This document shows, piece by piece, positions 37,641 through 51,500 of a stretch of DNA of 64,000 nucleotides (position 1 is its first letter; the number at the start of each line of letters is the position of its first letter). The stretch lies in NCBI GenBank assembly GCA_973851085.1, contig OZ316775.1, positions 15,810,001-15,874,000 on the forward strand, given 5' to 3'. Made by a program: the position numbers and the translations under genes. The notes under the pieces were generated by a model that made no database searches, was not told the DNA's origin, and worked only from the letters and a program-made list of their open reading frames with translations. This stretch comes from Ptychomitrium polyphyllum. Taxonomy: Eukaryota.

Positions 37641-39129
37641 ACCATGGATGTTTGTCAATGCTAGCCTAATATCTATTGATGCTCAGACGCTCACCTTTGC
37701 TTATTTCACACCCCAAATCATCTCTTGCAACCTGCGATTGCTCTAACATGGCTACTCGACCTCTTATCGCTTGCATTCAATTTGTTATCTGTACCTAATT
37801 TGCCATTGCGTTTCCGCACTCCATGAACCCGGCATCGATCCATCGTTGCACATATGATGTCTACTAGTACACGCCCAATACTTGCATTTGCTCGTATGGG
37901 ACTCGCCATGGCCCTCTTTCCAATTGGATATAAGTACCACTTATGATGGCCATTTTTACCTACCTCTGGTGGTGTTTTAGATTCTAGAACCACTTGCTTT
38001 GAAGATCCTTGTTTAATATTGAAAGATGGGAACAAGAATATTAAAAGGGTGTTTTTCAACACCTTTCAGCTTGCTTTTGTATAACTTGGAAGAAAATACA
38101 ATGGATGGCAATCAGAGAAAAAAGGAAAAAAATGATTTGAAGGAATTGTAGAAAAGGAGCTAAAAATAAGAAAAGGTTAATAATAATACAAGGTCTACAA
38201 TTTCAAGCATTTTGAAGATGGCACAAGATTCCCAATCCATGGTTCTTCAAAACTTACAAGCAATATGTAGAGTGTTGCCATGTTGACAAGTTTTTTTCGA
38301 AGCTTTGCAACACCTTCAATCATAAAGGTTGTAGAATCAATCTCCATCACTGTAAGCCGGGCCCATTTCTAAAGCGTTGTATTGAAGTATACCAATTTCT
38401 TTACAATACATCAAAAATACACAAGAATGAAGCACCTTTTTGATTGGCAAGGACAATCTATGTTGAGGTGGCACTTAGATAAAAAGTGAAAAAACATTCT
38501 TTTAAAAAAAACTTTCATCTTCATCATGCCTTTGGTGGATGGAATTATTTCAAAATGAGTGCCTAAATTTTATAAGGGTAGACTTAGCAAATTTAGTAGA
38601 AAGAAAGTACCAAATATATCTTACGAGGATTGATCAACATCATCAAGTAAGGATGAAAATACGGACTACATGCCACTCAATCTTCTAGCTCCAATGCCAT
38701 TGCAAATATTATCTCCATCACCACCTTCGATAGTTGACCATGATCCATTAAATGACTTATTTTTGGCAATGACTTACAATGATGTGAAAACAAGCCCTTT
38801 CAAAAAAGACCTTTGAAATGAGGATGAAGAAATATTGGAGGCAAAACTTGAAAGCGTATTGCAATATGAAGGAAAGTTGGTAGAAGTAATAGATATAGCA
38901 CACTCTACAAGAAAAAACAAAGACAAGGAGGAAAAGGAGGAAAAACTTGAGAAAATCTAGTAGATGCAAGAAGCGATAGGTGAATGAAGATGAAAATGCA
39001 AGAAGGGGAGGAAAATGTGGGCAATATGGATGAAGTGATATGTTAGTATTTGACAACAAAAGTTATAATTCTCTATCATAATTATTTGGCCCAATTTTGT
39101 ATATTCAACTAGGCTTTTATTTCAGCCAA

Positions 39130-40274
39130 TGTTGCAACCCTTGTAATACACCTTAGCAAGCGTCACGTGCGTCAACCTTGTACTCCCACACATGCACATG
39201 GTTAATCCTCATTCTCACTCTTCAAGTCTTTTTACCATTTCTCTTAAGAAACCCAATTGATTGGTAGCAAATGGTTAGGTGCAAACTTCCATTCATGTCC
39301 AAGGCCTCCCTTGGTGTTACTCCCATTCCACACGGCCTAACTGCACTTAGTGGTGTTTCCACACCACCACTCATGATCTTCATGTGATCCTAAGATCACC
39401 TCAAGCCATTATGGTGCTGACGTGAAGACACCACCCCAAATTAGTGGTAACAAGCGTGCTTTCTTGATCTCACTAATTTCCTTTGTGAAACCGGCCATCC
39501 ACCGGCTCACAATGGTGTGGGAGTCCCCGTGGTGAAGCCCCAACACTAGCTCCACCAACCGGAACTCACCCTTGGTTTCTACTGGGACACTAGAGGAGTG
39601 GGGAGGGGGACCAACCCTCCTCTATAGTATTCTCTGTGGGATTTGGCAGGCCCCCTAGCCCTCTGTAATTGGCTGAACCCCGACACATCTAAAGTTTTGG
39701 AAGACCACCCAATCTCCCTTGGGACTTAGCCGCTGGAAGCCTCCGGAATTCCTAGCGGACCTTTAGGGAGCCATATCTTCCTTGTCCGGTGCCTGAATGT
39801 ATTGAACAACCACTCTATCATCATCTACTCTTTGCGTAGATGTTGATAGACTCCTCAAACGTCCGATTTGAGTTAGAATTGTGGAAGATATGCCTCTCCC
39901 AAGGTTCGGGACTCCTGGGGAGTCTCTCCCTGGACTGTTCTAGTCCACTACAGTCACTGTGTAGGGCTGCCACAGTCTAGAACAGCCCCTTGGCAACCCC
40001 AACTTTGGGATGCCATAACTTTTAGCTCCCTTGTCCGATTTGGGCAATCTTTAGCATTCTAGAATCAATTCTTCGTGATTCCTCCAATGCCCATGATTTA
40101 TCCCTCGTGGCCCTCGGTCTACATGGACAAGGATGCTTCTCCCCTTCGGGATCCTTCCCACGCTAGGCCCACTCGGTTCCTTTCACAATTGGCGCCACAA
40201 GTCCTGGACGTCACTCCGGGGTCCCTCTTGTGTCCTTAGTGTTGCGAGCATTCCTCAAGGAGAGGTGCACGACA
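39130..40274. mobile_element. Probable solo LTR (1,145 bp) of a third family
   Basis: TGT...ACA termini, perfect 5-bp TSD GCCAA (39125-39129 / 40275-40279), abrupt rise in GC and CpG relative to flanks, no coding capacity. Confidence 0.75.
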
Positions 40275-41399
40275 GCCAATGTATTTTTTGTAAATAAATT
40301 AGAACATTTTTATAAACAAAAGGCACTATTATTTGAAACCTATTAATGGTCATTGAAATTGGAGTCATGAAGAATTTTAACAATCATTCTTTGACTTACC
40401 TACCATGTTAATTGCACCTTCTTGAAATACATGGACAAATTGTATAGCCTTGTGCTTTAAAAAAATTCATTATATTAATGCATGCATTTTTATATTCACA
40501 TAGACATGACATTTGCATCTTATACTGCAATATGCTAAAGCCCAAATCTATGTCTTAAATATCATAAATGACCAATATTTATAAGAAAATTCTATTAAAC
40601 AGTATTAGCATCCCAAAATGTTGGACAGTGAATGATGTAGTCCACAAAGCATAGATTCTAAATTATAAAGCTATGCTTGCTAAGTTTCCAAACCGCAATC
40701 ATTGATTTTTAAAGCTGTAGCTGCTGAGTTCCCAACTTGTAGTTATTTATTTTCCAACTTGCATTTGCCTAGTTCCTAAGCTTCAATTGCCAAGTTCTCA
40801 AACGTGGTTGTAGTCCTATTAGTAGGCAACACACGCATTGTCATAGTTAGAGAAGCGCAGTTGCAAAATTTGCAACCCGCAATCTTACAATCTGATATTG
40901 GCAGTGGCGCAGTAATGGTTGCAAAACTGTAGTTGTTGGAATCTAAAAGTTGCAGTTGACAAGGTCAAACAATCCAATTGGATGTGAAAGTTGCTAGCAA
41001 TGATAAATTGCATTGGCATGACGTAGTCTTTAGCGCGCACCTATTATCTATTTGTAGTCTTTATATGCACTCCGTACTTCAAATCTGGTTGCTCAACAAT
41101 TTTTTTGGACTAAGGATAATTAAGAGAAAGCCCAAAACTTCTGAAGTCACTTTGAGCCCATTCTTGAATTTGCAACTTGCAACCAAAATTGAATCCTTGC
41201 GCAAGATCAAAGAGTTGGACATGGCAAGCATCCTATAATTATAGAATTATTGCAATTCCTAACTTATAGCTTGTAGTGCCCTCTATTTTATACTCATTGA
41301 ATTATAAGATTAAAATTCTTGGACATTATACTTCATAGATCTTTATAGTGCAGTAGTAAAAACCTTGCCAGATTGATGACCAGTACAATCACATGTTGG

Positions 41400-44300
41400 T
41401 TATTGTGGTTTAAGAAGCTACCACCATTCAAAGCTGTATTCATTGCGTATTTTGTGGGAAGAAAATGAGTTGGATAAAGGAAAGGGCATTTGCACACTAT
41501 GGATGGAAAGAAACCACAAGGAGCATATGTGAAAAATTACCAATTGTAATGCACGTAAAATTCCAAAATTGCGTAGGAATTGTTCCAAGTTCCATAACAG
41601 AACATGAAATGTATGGTGATGGAAATAGGCATTTCAAATATGAAAGACCCTCTCAAGGTGGCCTTGGAAGTCAAAGCACTCTAAAAGATGTGACATCTTT
41701 GCCTTAGAAGCGTATCATTCTTGCAATCAATGGTTTATTTGCATCAAATAGGCTATCTTTGCAGTCTTCATCGAGTGCTCCATGAAGCTTGCAACAAAAA
41801 AACATAAACAAAGCATAGGCATTTTCAAAGCACAAGGAATTGAATTATCTATGGTCTTCATTTGTCTATGAAGCAAATGTTGAATTCAATATGGTACGTC
41901 ATCCTTCATTTGTTAAAGCAATACAAAAGACCACAGAAGCAGCAATGAACTATCAACCTCCATCCTATCATCCCATGAGAACAAATTTGATAGCCCCAAC
42001 AAAAAGAAGCGTGGAGGAGAAAGTTGGAGCGGCCATTAACCACTCCATAAAAACATATGGGACCACTATATGTTTTGTTGGATGGGACAATGTGACAAAG
42101 AGGCCTTTTATGAATGTCATGATGGTATGCCCGACTACAAACATGTTCCTTGGTTCCATTGATACCAAAGAAAATAAAAAAACAAAGCAATATATTGTGG
42201 ATTCTATGGCCCAATACATCAACAATGTTGGTCCGAGAATGTGTCTCAAATTTGTGCGATCAATGCATCAACCATGTTGAAGGCCTTGAAGTTCTTAAAT
42301 GATAGATTTTTCAATGGACATGTGCAAGGATGTTGTGTGCACATATTAAACTTCCTTTTGCAAGATTGGAGAAAAAAAACTTGAGTAAAGGAGCTTGTGG
42401 TTAGAGGATGGCGCATGAGTAAGTACATACAGAGTATCATGCGTCTATGGCCTTGTTCCGCCAATTTTCGCCCAACTTACAAATCAAGATTCCAACAGAG
42501 ACAAGATTTGCATGCAACATTTTAATGATGGATTGCTTAGTAGAAGTGCGACATGCGTTGGAATAATGCATCATGGATGCAAAATGGGCAATGTATGTAG
42601 CGACTCTATTTAACAAGTAAATGAACATTGTGTACACGCACTAGCGTCATTCCTACGGCATGACATTAGAGATGACCAATTTTGGAAGCAATACAAGAAT
42701 TTCATCTATATGGTGAAATCCGTTTTGCTAGCTTTAAGAATTTTTGATGGAAAAGAACTAGCTATGAAAAAAGCATGTATTGTAATGAGTGAGCTAAAAA
42801 AGTACGTCTTTGCCTTGCAGGAAGATCCTTTTCTACTGCCGCTAGCCATGGCAATGCGATTAGAAGAGTAATTCACAGAAATGTGGAAAATGATGCTAAC
42901 GGATCTACAATACGCTGGTGTATTGTTAAACCTGTTTTTTATTGGAGGTGACAGAGATTCAAAACAATAAGGAAGCAAAGAAGCCCTTGAACAAGGTATT
43001 GAAGAAACTCTGCAATCCAGTTGGAGTGAACCATGTAGAGGCCATGTAAAACCTCACAGCTTTTGAAGAATCTAATGGACCCTTCAATCTGATGGAAGCT
43101 CCAAGTGCATACAAGTTGAACATGCTACCACATTAGTGGTGGAATCATATTGGAGCAAACGTGCTTTTAATCATTATAAAGTGCATTTTGTCATTAACTT
43201 GCTCAACCTTGTCGTGCAAGAGGAATTGGAGCATGTATTCATTTGTCAATAGCAAAGTGTGGAATTGATTGGAGATTGTAAAGGCTGAGGCTTCGGTGTA
43301 CATCTATCATAATAGCAAATTATTAAGAAAGAAATAAGGTGCAAATCCAAATGCATGGTATACATGAAACATTATTTTGGAGGATTCCAATTCAGATGAT
43401 GAAACAATCAACAAAGAGAGTGATGGAGGAGGTGGTAACAATAAACATGATGACAAAGACAAAAGTAACCCCAATCGCCAAATCCACGTGGCTGAAATAT
43501 GGATTTCAACAATCAAGTGGACTACAAACTTAGCACAAGCAATGATGTCCTTACATTTACTGATGACAATAACAAACCTCTTGGTGGAGGTGGTGTAGGT
43601 GGCAGAAGCATTGAAACCAATTTTGAGGATAATGATCAAAAAATGGCACGAAGTGATCACGATGATAGTGGCGAACATTATCCACTTTAGCTAGTGGGTA
43701 AGGACTTTGGCATAAAAGCAACAATATCCAACCAAATCATGGTCCAGCTATAGAAGATGAAAATCCACCTATACTTGAAGTAGGACAAAGAAAAAAGCTA
43801 TTGGTATGTTTTTGATTATGAAATCCGCAATTGAAGACATCATCCACTCCACACCACCATGTACAAAAGGAAAAAGAAATGCAACAACAATTCTTGATGC
43901 AGATTCAAATGGAAAAATACCTTTGACATCTTTGTTTCCAAGGTTAGTTATAAATATAGTGTCCTTAGTGAGCTCCAGACTATTTAGACTTTCAAGGAAT
44001 TTTGGCACAAATAACAGAAGTATTGTGCTTCCAAAGACAAGGGGAATTGTTAATCTTATTCTAGTAAAAAGTGAAATAAGACCCTCTTGAAAAAGAAAAC
44101 CGCATCACAAAAAAGAAAAGCATGCACAAAAATCCCAAGCTACATTTTTGCAATCCATGATGGAAAGGCTTGCTGAGATAAGGGCCTTTACTGGACAACA
44201 ACATCTTCCAATCCAAAATGCAAGGACTACAGTACCAAGGTCTTTAATTGGAAATAGTATTAAATCAAAAAAAAAAAACGATGGTATTATAGTTGATACA

Positions 44301-44490
44301 AGAATAAAATTAACCAAGATAATTGTTACTACTTATAATAGAGACCAATTTGATAAACAAGTACGAAATCTCACTTTTGAGGTGGAAAGAGAGGTGCCAC
44401 ATAATTTCAATAAAAAATATAATGATAGTAAAGAAAATTCATATGAGCACAAATTTGTCAATGGAGAGCACAGATCCGTAGGCTGATGAG
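41400..44490 (+). pseudogene. hAT-superfamily transposase pseudogene (DUF659 and hAT dimerisation domain, acidic tail)
   Basis: FVYEANVEFN..RHPSF, PPSYH, GTTICFVGWDNV.KRPFMNVM..CP, CVHILN.LLQD, TRF, LQYAGVLLN, WWNHIG, LTCST.SC.RNWS; many stops and frameshifts. GCAA/TTGC-rich subterminal-like repeats lie at ~40690-40960 and on both sides of the gypsy insertion (44930-44950, 51506-51630). Confidence 0.85.
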
Positions 44491-44953
44491 GCATCTAATG
44501 ATGATAATTTCTCGCTTCATGCAAGTATTGGTGAGTCATCGAAGGCAAAGCGTTTGTATAGGAAAAAAATAGCTTATTAGCTTCAAGTAGTCTTTCCAAG
44601 CATGGATGTAACCACTTTTTGATGTGATTTTGAAATTTTAATACACATTAAAAAATTATTTTATAAACACATGTATATACTTTGATACCTTTGAATATAG
44701 TAGTGATGAAGAAACTTTGCTTTCCAATAGGAGGCCTCTTTCTTACTTTTCAACAAAAGGCTCTTAAACACTCTAATTTTACATTTGAAAAAGAGTACCT
44801 GGTTTATGCTAAAATATGAAATGATTGTGTATGCTTTGTCTACTAAAGTTGCAAAATGCTTTAAGCATAGATGAAGTTGCTTCATCTACAACAACAATCA
44901 CCATCCGTTACCTATAATTGTAGTTTTGTTACCCGCAGCCGCAATCTCATTAC

Positions 44954-47900
44954 TGTTAGAGACACAAAAAACAAGAAGCAGAAACAAAGTGTTTCCCAAG
45001 AATTAGCTTTCAAAGAGCTAATGATTAACAAGAACTTGATACAAAGACTAGAACAAGGCAGGATTCAAGATGATCCACAACTTGTGTTGGCAAGACTAAG
45101 GACTACCTTGACTTGCCTCCTATTTATACTATGACGTTTGTATCTCCTAGGATACTTCTAAAGAAGCTTCCTACAAGGCTTAAGAATGTTCTGGAAGTCT
45201 AGGGAACCTTCCCAAGAAGTTTCCTAAGATGTTGGAACCTTCCTAAGAGTCTTCCAAGGAATTGGAACCTTCCTTGGAAATTTCCTATGGTAGCGGAACC
45301 TTCTTAGGAAGTTTCCTAAAGAAGTAGAACCTTCCTAGGAAGTTTCCTAAGATGATGGAACCTTCTTAGGAAGTTTCCTAGGAAGTTACCTAGATGATAG
45401 AATCTTCCTAGGAAGTTTCCTAAGGTGGAGGAACTTTCCTAGGAAACTTCCTAAAAACATGGAAAAGACTATGGAGACATCTAAAAGTATTCTAAAAAGC
45501 TATTATAGTATATTATAAGGTTCTAGAATGTTCTAAGGACTATGTTGCATAATCTATGTATATGACATCACCTCCCCATTTAGCGACGAGTCTCATGAGG
45601 AGCTCTTTTCTTGGCTTGCTTATCACATTTCTACATATTCCAAAATTTGTCGAAGGAGTGAAGCAACATACTCTGCTCGTTGTTCTCTATTCACTGGTTC
45701 AACTGGTCCTTGCAAGAAGCACAGATGGCCACCAACCAAGACTTTTGTTTGTTGAAATGTCCCATCCCAAGATCTGATCTTGATTAAGTCCTTCAAAACA
45801 TCCTCCAAACACGATTTTGGGTCCTCCAGGAGTGATTCTTCCAATTTCTAACAAGATGACTAGAGCGCGAGCATCTGAATGAAGACTAAAATGTGAAGGA
45901 CGACTAGTCAATACTTCTGCACGAGGTCGTACTCGACATTGGGATGTCCCTCCCATATCTTGACTTAGTTCCTCCGTTACCGAGGGCTGAGAAAGTTGAG
46001 TTGGCTCAATAGATGCTGTTGTTGATGAAGGCATGGCCGACTGCTCTTCACGCATATCCATGATAACACGAAGATTTGACATACTGGCTAGGATCTGGAA
46101 GTGATCTATCTTGGAAATAATGCTGCATACAATTGGAGGTTTGGATATCTTTCCTCCCTTCTTATACTTGTCTATGAAGGAAAAACTTCTCTGTAAAGCT
46201 AACGGTTGCTGATGACACATCATCACTAACCTGGTTTCTGAGGATATCTTTGATGAAATTGGCTTATCTTCTTGGATGCATTTATTACATTTGTTGAAGG
46301 TTCTCATGTTTGGTTATTAATGCCATATCCTTGCCAATGTATAAGGTACTCCACACGTCCGTTTTTGATGCGTGAATCTAAGATCTCTTCCACTTCATAT
46401 TCAATTTCATTATTGATTTCCAGCGGAGGAGGCGGAGGGACAATTCTCTCTAATATACATGATTTGTTATAGGTTTCCAACAACGATACGTGGAACATTG
46501 GATGAACTTGCATGCTTGGTGGTAGCTTTAGGCGATAACTAACCGGATTTATTTGTTTGCTGGTTTCAAACGGTCCCAACCTTTGATAGTCCAACTTTTT
46601 TGATGGTTTTTTTGTCTGTATATTTTGTAGTAGGAGCCATACACTATTTCCAACCTTGAACTTTTGATGGTCCTTTCGATGGCGATCTGCATAAGTTTTG
46701 TAACGATCTTGAGCTTGTTGTAACTAGAAAGTAATTTCTTGATGGATTTTAGCAAGTTGAATTGCAAAATCCTCTGCTGCAGGACTTCCAACATGCTTTA
46801 CTTGAAATGGATCTGTTCGAGGATGATGTCCATAGTTTGCAAATAATGGACTTTGACTTGTTGAAGAATGCACCGTATTGTTGTAAGCAAATTCTGCCAA
46901 AGGCAAGAGGTCCATCCAATTGTCTTGCTGGTAGTTTATGCTACAACAAAGGTACTGTTCCAAAATTTGATTTACACGTTCGATTTGGCCATCAGTTTGC
47001 GGATGGTGTGCTGAAGAAAGATTGATCTTTACACGCAACAGCTGGAATAGAGCCCTCCAAAAGTTGGAAATGAACTGCGGCCCTCGATCGGATATAATAT
47101 CATCTGGTAGTCCATGTATGCGGTAGACATGATTTATGAACAACTTGGCAGTTTCTTCTCCCGTTATCGTCTTGTTGCATGGAATGAAATGTGCCATTTT
47201 GGTAAATGGATCTACCACTACCAAAATAAATCCTTAGATTTGGAATTTGGAAGGTTCGTGATAAAATCCATTGACAAAGACAACCATGGGCCCTCTAGCA
47301 TTAGAAGCAAATGGAGGAGACCATGAGGTTGGTATCTTGGTACCTTGGCTCTTGCACAAGTGTCGCATGATCGAACAAAGTCCTTCACGTACTTCCACAT
47401 TTGTGGCCACCAATAGTCTCTAGCAATCAACTCCATTGTTTTATTGAATCCAAAATGTCCTACTGCTGGAAAATCATGACGTGCTTGAAGGATCTTCAAC
47501 CGCAAAGGGCCTAGAGGTAGGTACAAAAGTCTTTTATAATAAAGTAGGCCCTCTTAGAATTCAAAGTACTCATTGCTATTTGAAGGATTTCCATTGTGTT
47601 TGAGGCGCTTCTTTATATTTGAAACAAAGACGTCATTCTTTAAAGCCTTCCAAATTTTGTCAAGATGGGATGTTGTCGTAATAATGGCTGCTTTCAATTG
47701 AAGATTCTCAGGCTTCAATAAAATAGTCCTTTATTGATTCAAAACATCATCTCCAGGTTAAAGAGCTACATAAGATCTTCGAGATAAGGCATCTGGCTTA
47801 CTTTGCAAGCTACCAAATTTATAGGTAATGACGAAGTCAAATCTGGAAAGCGACATACTCCATCATGCTTGACGACGATTCAAAATGCGCGCACTCATGA

Positions 47901-50900
47901 AATACTCCAAGTTCTTGTGGTTTGTGTATATCTTGATGGTATGTTAAGTTCCTTCCAAAAAGTGTTGCCATTCCTCAAATGCATCTACAATTGCATGTAG
48001 TTCTTTATCATGTATATCATAATTGATCTCTGCCGCCGAGAACTTCCTTGAACGAAAGGCAAGAGGGTGAAGTCTCCCGTCTTCATCATATTGTGAAAGT
48101 ACTGAGCCAAGCGCAAATTTGAGGCATCCGCTTCCAAATAAAAAGGCTTCAATGGATTTGGATGAATAAGAATTGGAGCCGACGTGAATAACTTCTTAAG
48201 ACTTTGAAATGCATTTTCGGCCTCTTCATTCCAAATGAATTTTTGCTTCCCCGTAAGACGTGTTAATGGTGCCGCAATCTTAGAATAATTCTTGATGAAT
48301 ATTCTATAGAAGTTTGCAAATCCCAAGAAGCATTGAACATCTCGAATTGATCTTGGCGTACTCCACTTGATGACAGTGCTTATTTTTTTCTTATCCATAT
48401 GGATTCCTCCTTTGGAAATGATATAGCCTAAAATTCAACTAAGCATTCATGGAAAAGGCACTTCTCCAATTTGGCATATAATCTTCGCTGGCGTAGTTTT
48501 TCTAAGACCAGTCGCACATGACATTCGTGGTCTTGTTCATCCTTTGAATACATCAAAATATCATCTAAGTAGATGACAATAGAATCATCCAGATGTTCAT
48601 GGAAGATATCATTCATCATATGTTGGAAGGCTGCGGGAGCATTAATAAGGCCAAAAAGCATGACATTGTATTCAAAATGACCATACCTGGATCGAAAAGC
48701 TGTCTTCCATTCGTCTCCTTCTTTGATGCGTACAAGATTGTAGGCTCCTCTAAGATCAATTTTAGTGAATATCTTTGCTTGGCCAAGTTGTTGTAGGAGT
48801 CTTGAGATTAATGGTAATGGATAGCAATTCTTTTTTGTTACTTTATTGAAGCCTTGATAATCCACGCACATACGTAATGATCCATTTTTTTTCTTTACAA
48901 ATAGAATGGGTGCTCTAGCAGGTGATTTAGAGTGTTGAATGAAACCCTTTCCGAGGTTTTCATCAATATATTCTCTCAAGGTAGCCAACTCAGTTTGTGA
49001 TAAGTTATAAATAGGTCCAAAAGGTGGTTGGGCTCCTTCTTGCAACTCAATGGTACAATTGTAAGGCCGATGTTTTGGTAACATGTCCGCATTCTTCTTT
49101 TCAAAAACATCTTTATAATCTTGATATTGACGAGGTATATTTTGATTAGTCTCTATTGTAGAGTTAGACATTGGCGTGGCATAAATGGCATAGATTGGTT
49201 CATCTTTTGCCGCTCTCATAAATGCCTTAGCTCCAATAAATGATGGTCCAAGATTTCTTGTACCTTGACGTCTTTTCCTTGAGACCATATTCCGTGAGCG
49301 CCAGTCAATGTCTGGATTATGTAATTCAAACCAAGGAAGGTCCAAAATAATAGAATTTGTTTGGCATTGAATGATATTGAAGATAATCTTAAATGCTTGG
49401 TCTTTTAAAACAACCTCCAAGGGTTGAGTTTCTTCAATAACGTTGCCAGACGCAAGAGATCGTCCATCAATAACTTCAACAGGTGCGGGGTATTTTTTCT
49501 TCACAAACACCATGTGATGTTTGGTTGCAAAGTCCTTGTTCATAAAACATGCTGTTGCACCAGTGTCTAAAAGAGCTTCACTAATTATTTCATCATTTAA
49601 CAATTTAATTTTGATAGGAAATGTAAAAGAAGAAGTAGGGCTTGAAGGTGATAAGAGACCTTGATTTGATGGTCGTTTCCTTGTGGTGTCCAGTCGCATG
49701 GTCCCAACTGTGATTGGACGACCTCGTTTTCCAACTCCACCATTGTGCTTTGAGCTTTAAAGTCAGATCCTTTGATTTAGCAATTGCACACTTTATGTCC
49801 AGACTTGCCACAATACAAACATAGGTTTTCTCTTTGACGCCTTTCTTTTTCTTCTGGAGTCAAACGTTTGAATTGGGCAGCATCAATTTGCATAGGTTCT
49901 GGTCCTTGTGGTCGATTTTTCAATATTCTTGAAAAAGTGGTAGCCATGCTTTGATGTACTGGTCGCCATCCCAAGCGTTGTTCTTGGCGCCTCTCAAATA
50001 GTCTATTGTCACATGCTATTGCTTGAGTGATGAATTCGTTCAATGTTTCAACTCTTGGCATTGTGAGTAGTAAGTCCTTTACATTCTCTCTTAAGCCCCA
50101 TCGAAATCGTGTGACCAAGGCTTTATCATTCCAATCAAGGTCGCAAGCTAATTATCAAAACTCTGCAGCATATGTAACAGCTGAGCGTTGTCTTTGTTGG
50201 AGACTCTGGATCCTTGTCTCAGCCACCCTCTTTCGGTCGGTGTTTCCAAAAGTAGATGTCAATGCTTCTATAAAAGCATCTAAGTTGTTCAATAATGGGA
50301 ACTGCTTCTCCATTAGTGGTACAAACCACGATAGTGCATTGTTTGATAAAAGAGTGGCCACAAATCCCACTTGAATTATGCCATTAAGATAGCGAGATTG
50401 ATGCAAATTAAAGAAGAGTCTTACTTGTTGAACAAAGCCTCTCAATTTTGATCTTGATCCATCGAACTTGTCTAGCATGCTAATCTTTGGCTTTGCATGG
50501 ATTTTACTTAAGCCTTCCCTTCCAATATTGGCCTCTCGCAATTGAACAACCTCTTGATATAGGCTTTGAATATCACCATTGGATTCTTCAGCTTACCGAG
50601 TATGTTGCTCCAAATTGTTGGTGGTATTAAAACGGGCGAGTTCTGTTTGAACTGTGTTTAATAACTCTTAAAGGTCTGCAATAGTTAAAAACCTATTCTC
50701 TGATGTTCCAGGCACATTATCCATTTCTTCAGACTCTCAAAGACAGAAAGACTATGAGTACCTTCAAAGGAAGAAAATCCACGTACTTTGAAAGAAGTAA
50801 TACATGGTTCTACAAGGAGAAACCAACTCTATGGTGCCACCTTAGAGGAGGGTAATCCGCAACCTCTAAGACGCTATATAATTCTATAGAAGATGGGTAA

Positions 50901-51500
50901 TCCACAATCATTGTCAAAGAACCTTAGCTCTGACAGAGATGAAAAGTAATCTTGCCAAACTATTAAGGACACAAAAAACAAGAAGCAAAAACAAAGTGTT
51001 TCCCAAGAATTAGCTTCCAAAGAGCTAATGATTAACAAGAACTTGATACAAAGACTAGAACAAGGCAGGATTCAAGATGATCCACAACTTGTATTGGCAA
51101 GACTAAGGACTACCTTGACTTGTCTCCTATTTATACTATGACGTTTGTATCTCCTAGGATACTTCTAAAGAAGCTTCCTACAAGGCTTAAGAATGTTCTG
51201 GAAGTCTAGGGAACCTTCCCAAGAAGTTTCCTAAGATGTTGGAACCTTCCTAAGAGTCTTCCAAGGAATTAGAACCTTCTTAGGAAGTTTCCTAAAGAAG
51301 TAGAACCTTCCTAGAAAGTTACCTAAGATGATAGAACCTTCCTAAGAAGCTTCTTAAGGTGGAGAAACTTTCCTAGGAAGCTTCCTAAGAACATGGAAAA
51401 ACTATAGAAACATCTAAAAGTATTCTAAAAAGCTATTATAGTATACTACAAGATTCTAGAATGTTCTAAGGACTATGTTGCATGATCTATGTTTGTGACA
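44954..51500 (-). mobile_element. Second (mirror) copy of the decayed gypsy chromovirus
   Basis: LTRs 44954-45567 and 50961-51500, TSD ATTAC on both sides; shares the stops and frameshifts of the left copy. Confidence 0.95.

Noticed and set aside
37700..39060. Decayed coding-like sequence in the spacer
   Set aside because: Probably TE-derived, but I could not assign any domain from the sequence.
44954..51500. Independent second retrotransposon insertion
   Set aside because: Same TSD, same flanks and same disabling mutations as 25759-32305; copied passively in the inverted duplication.
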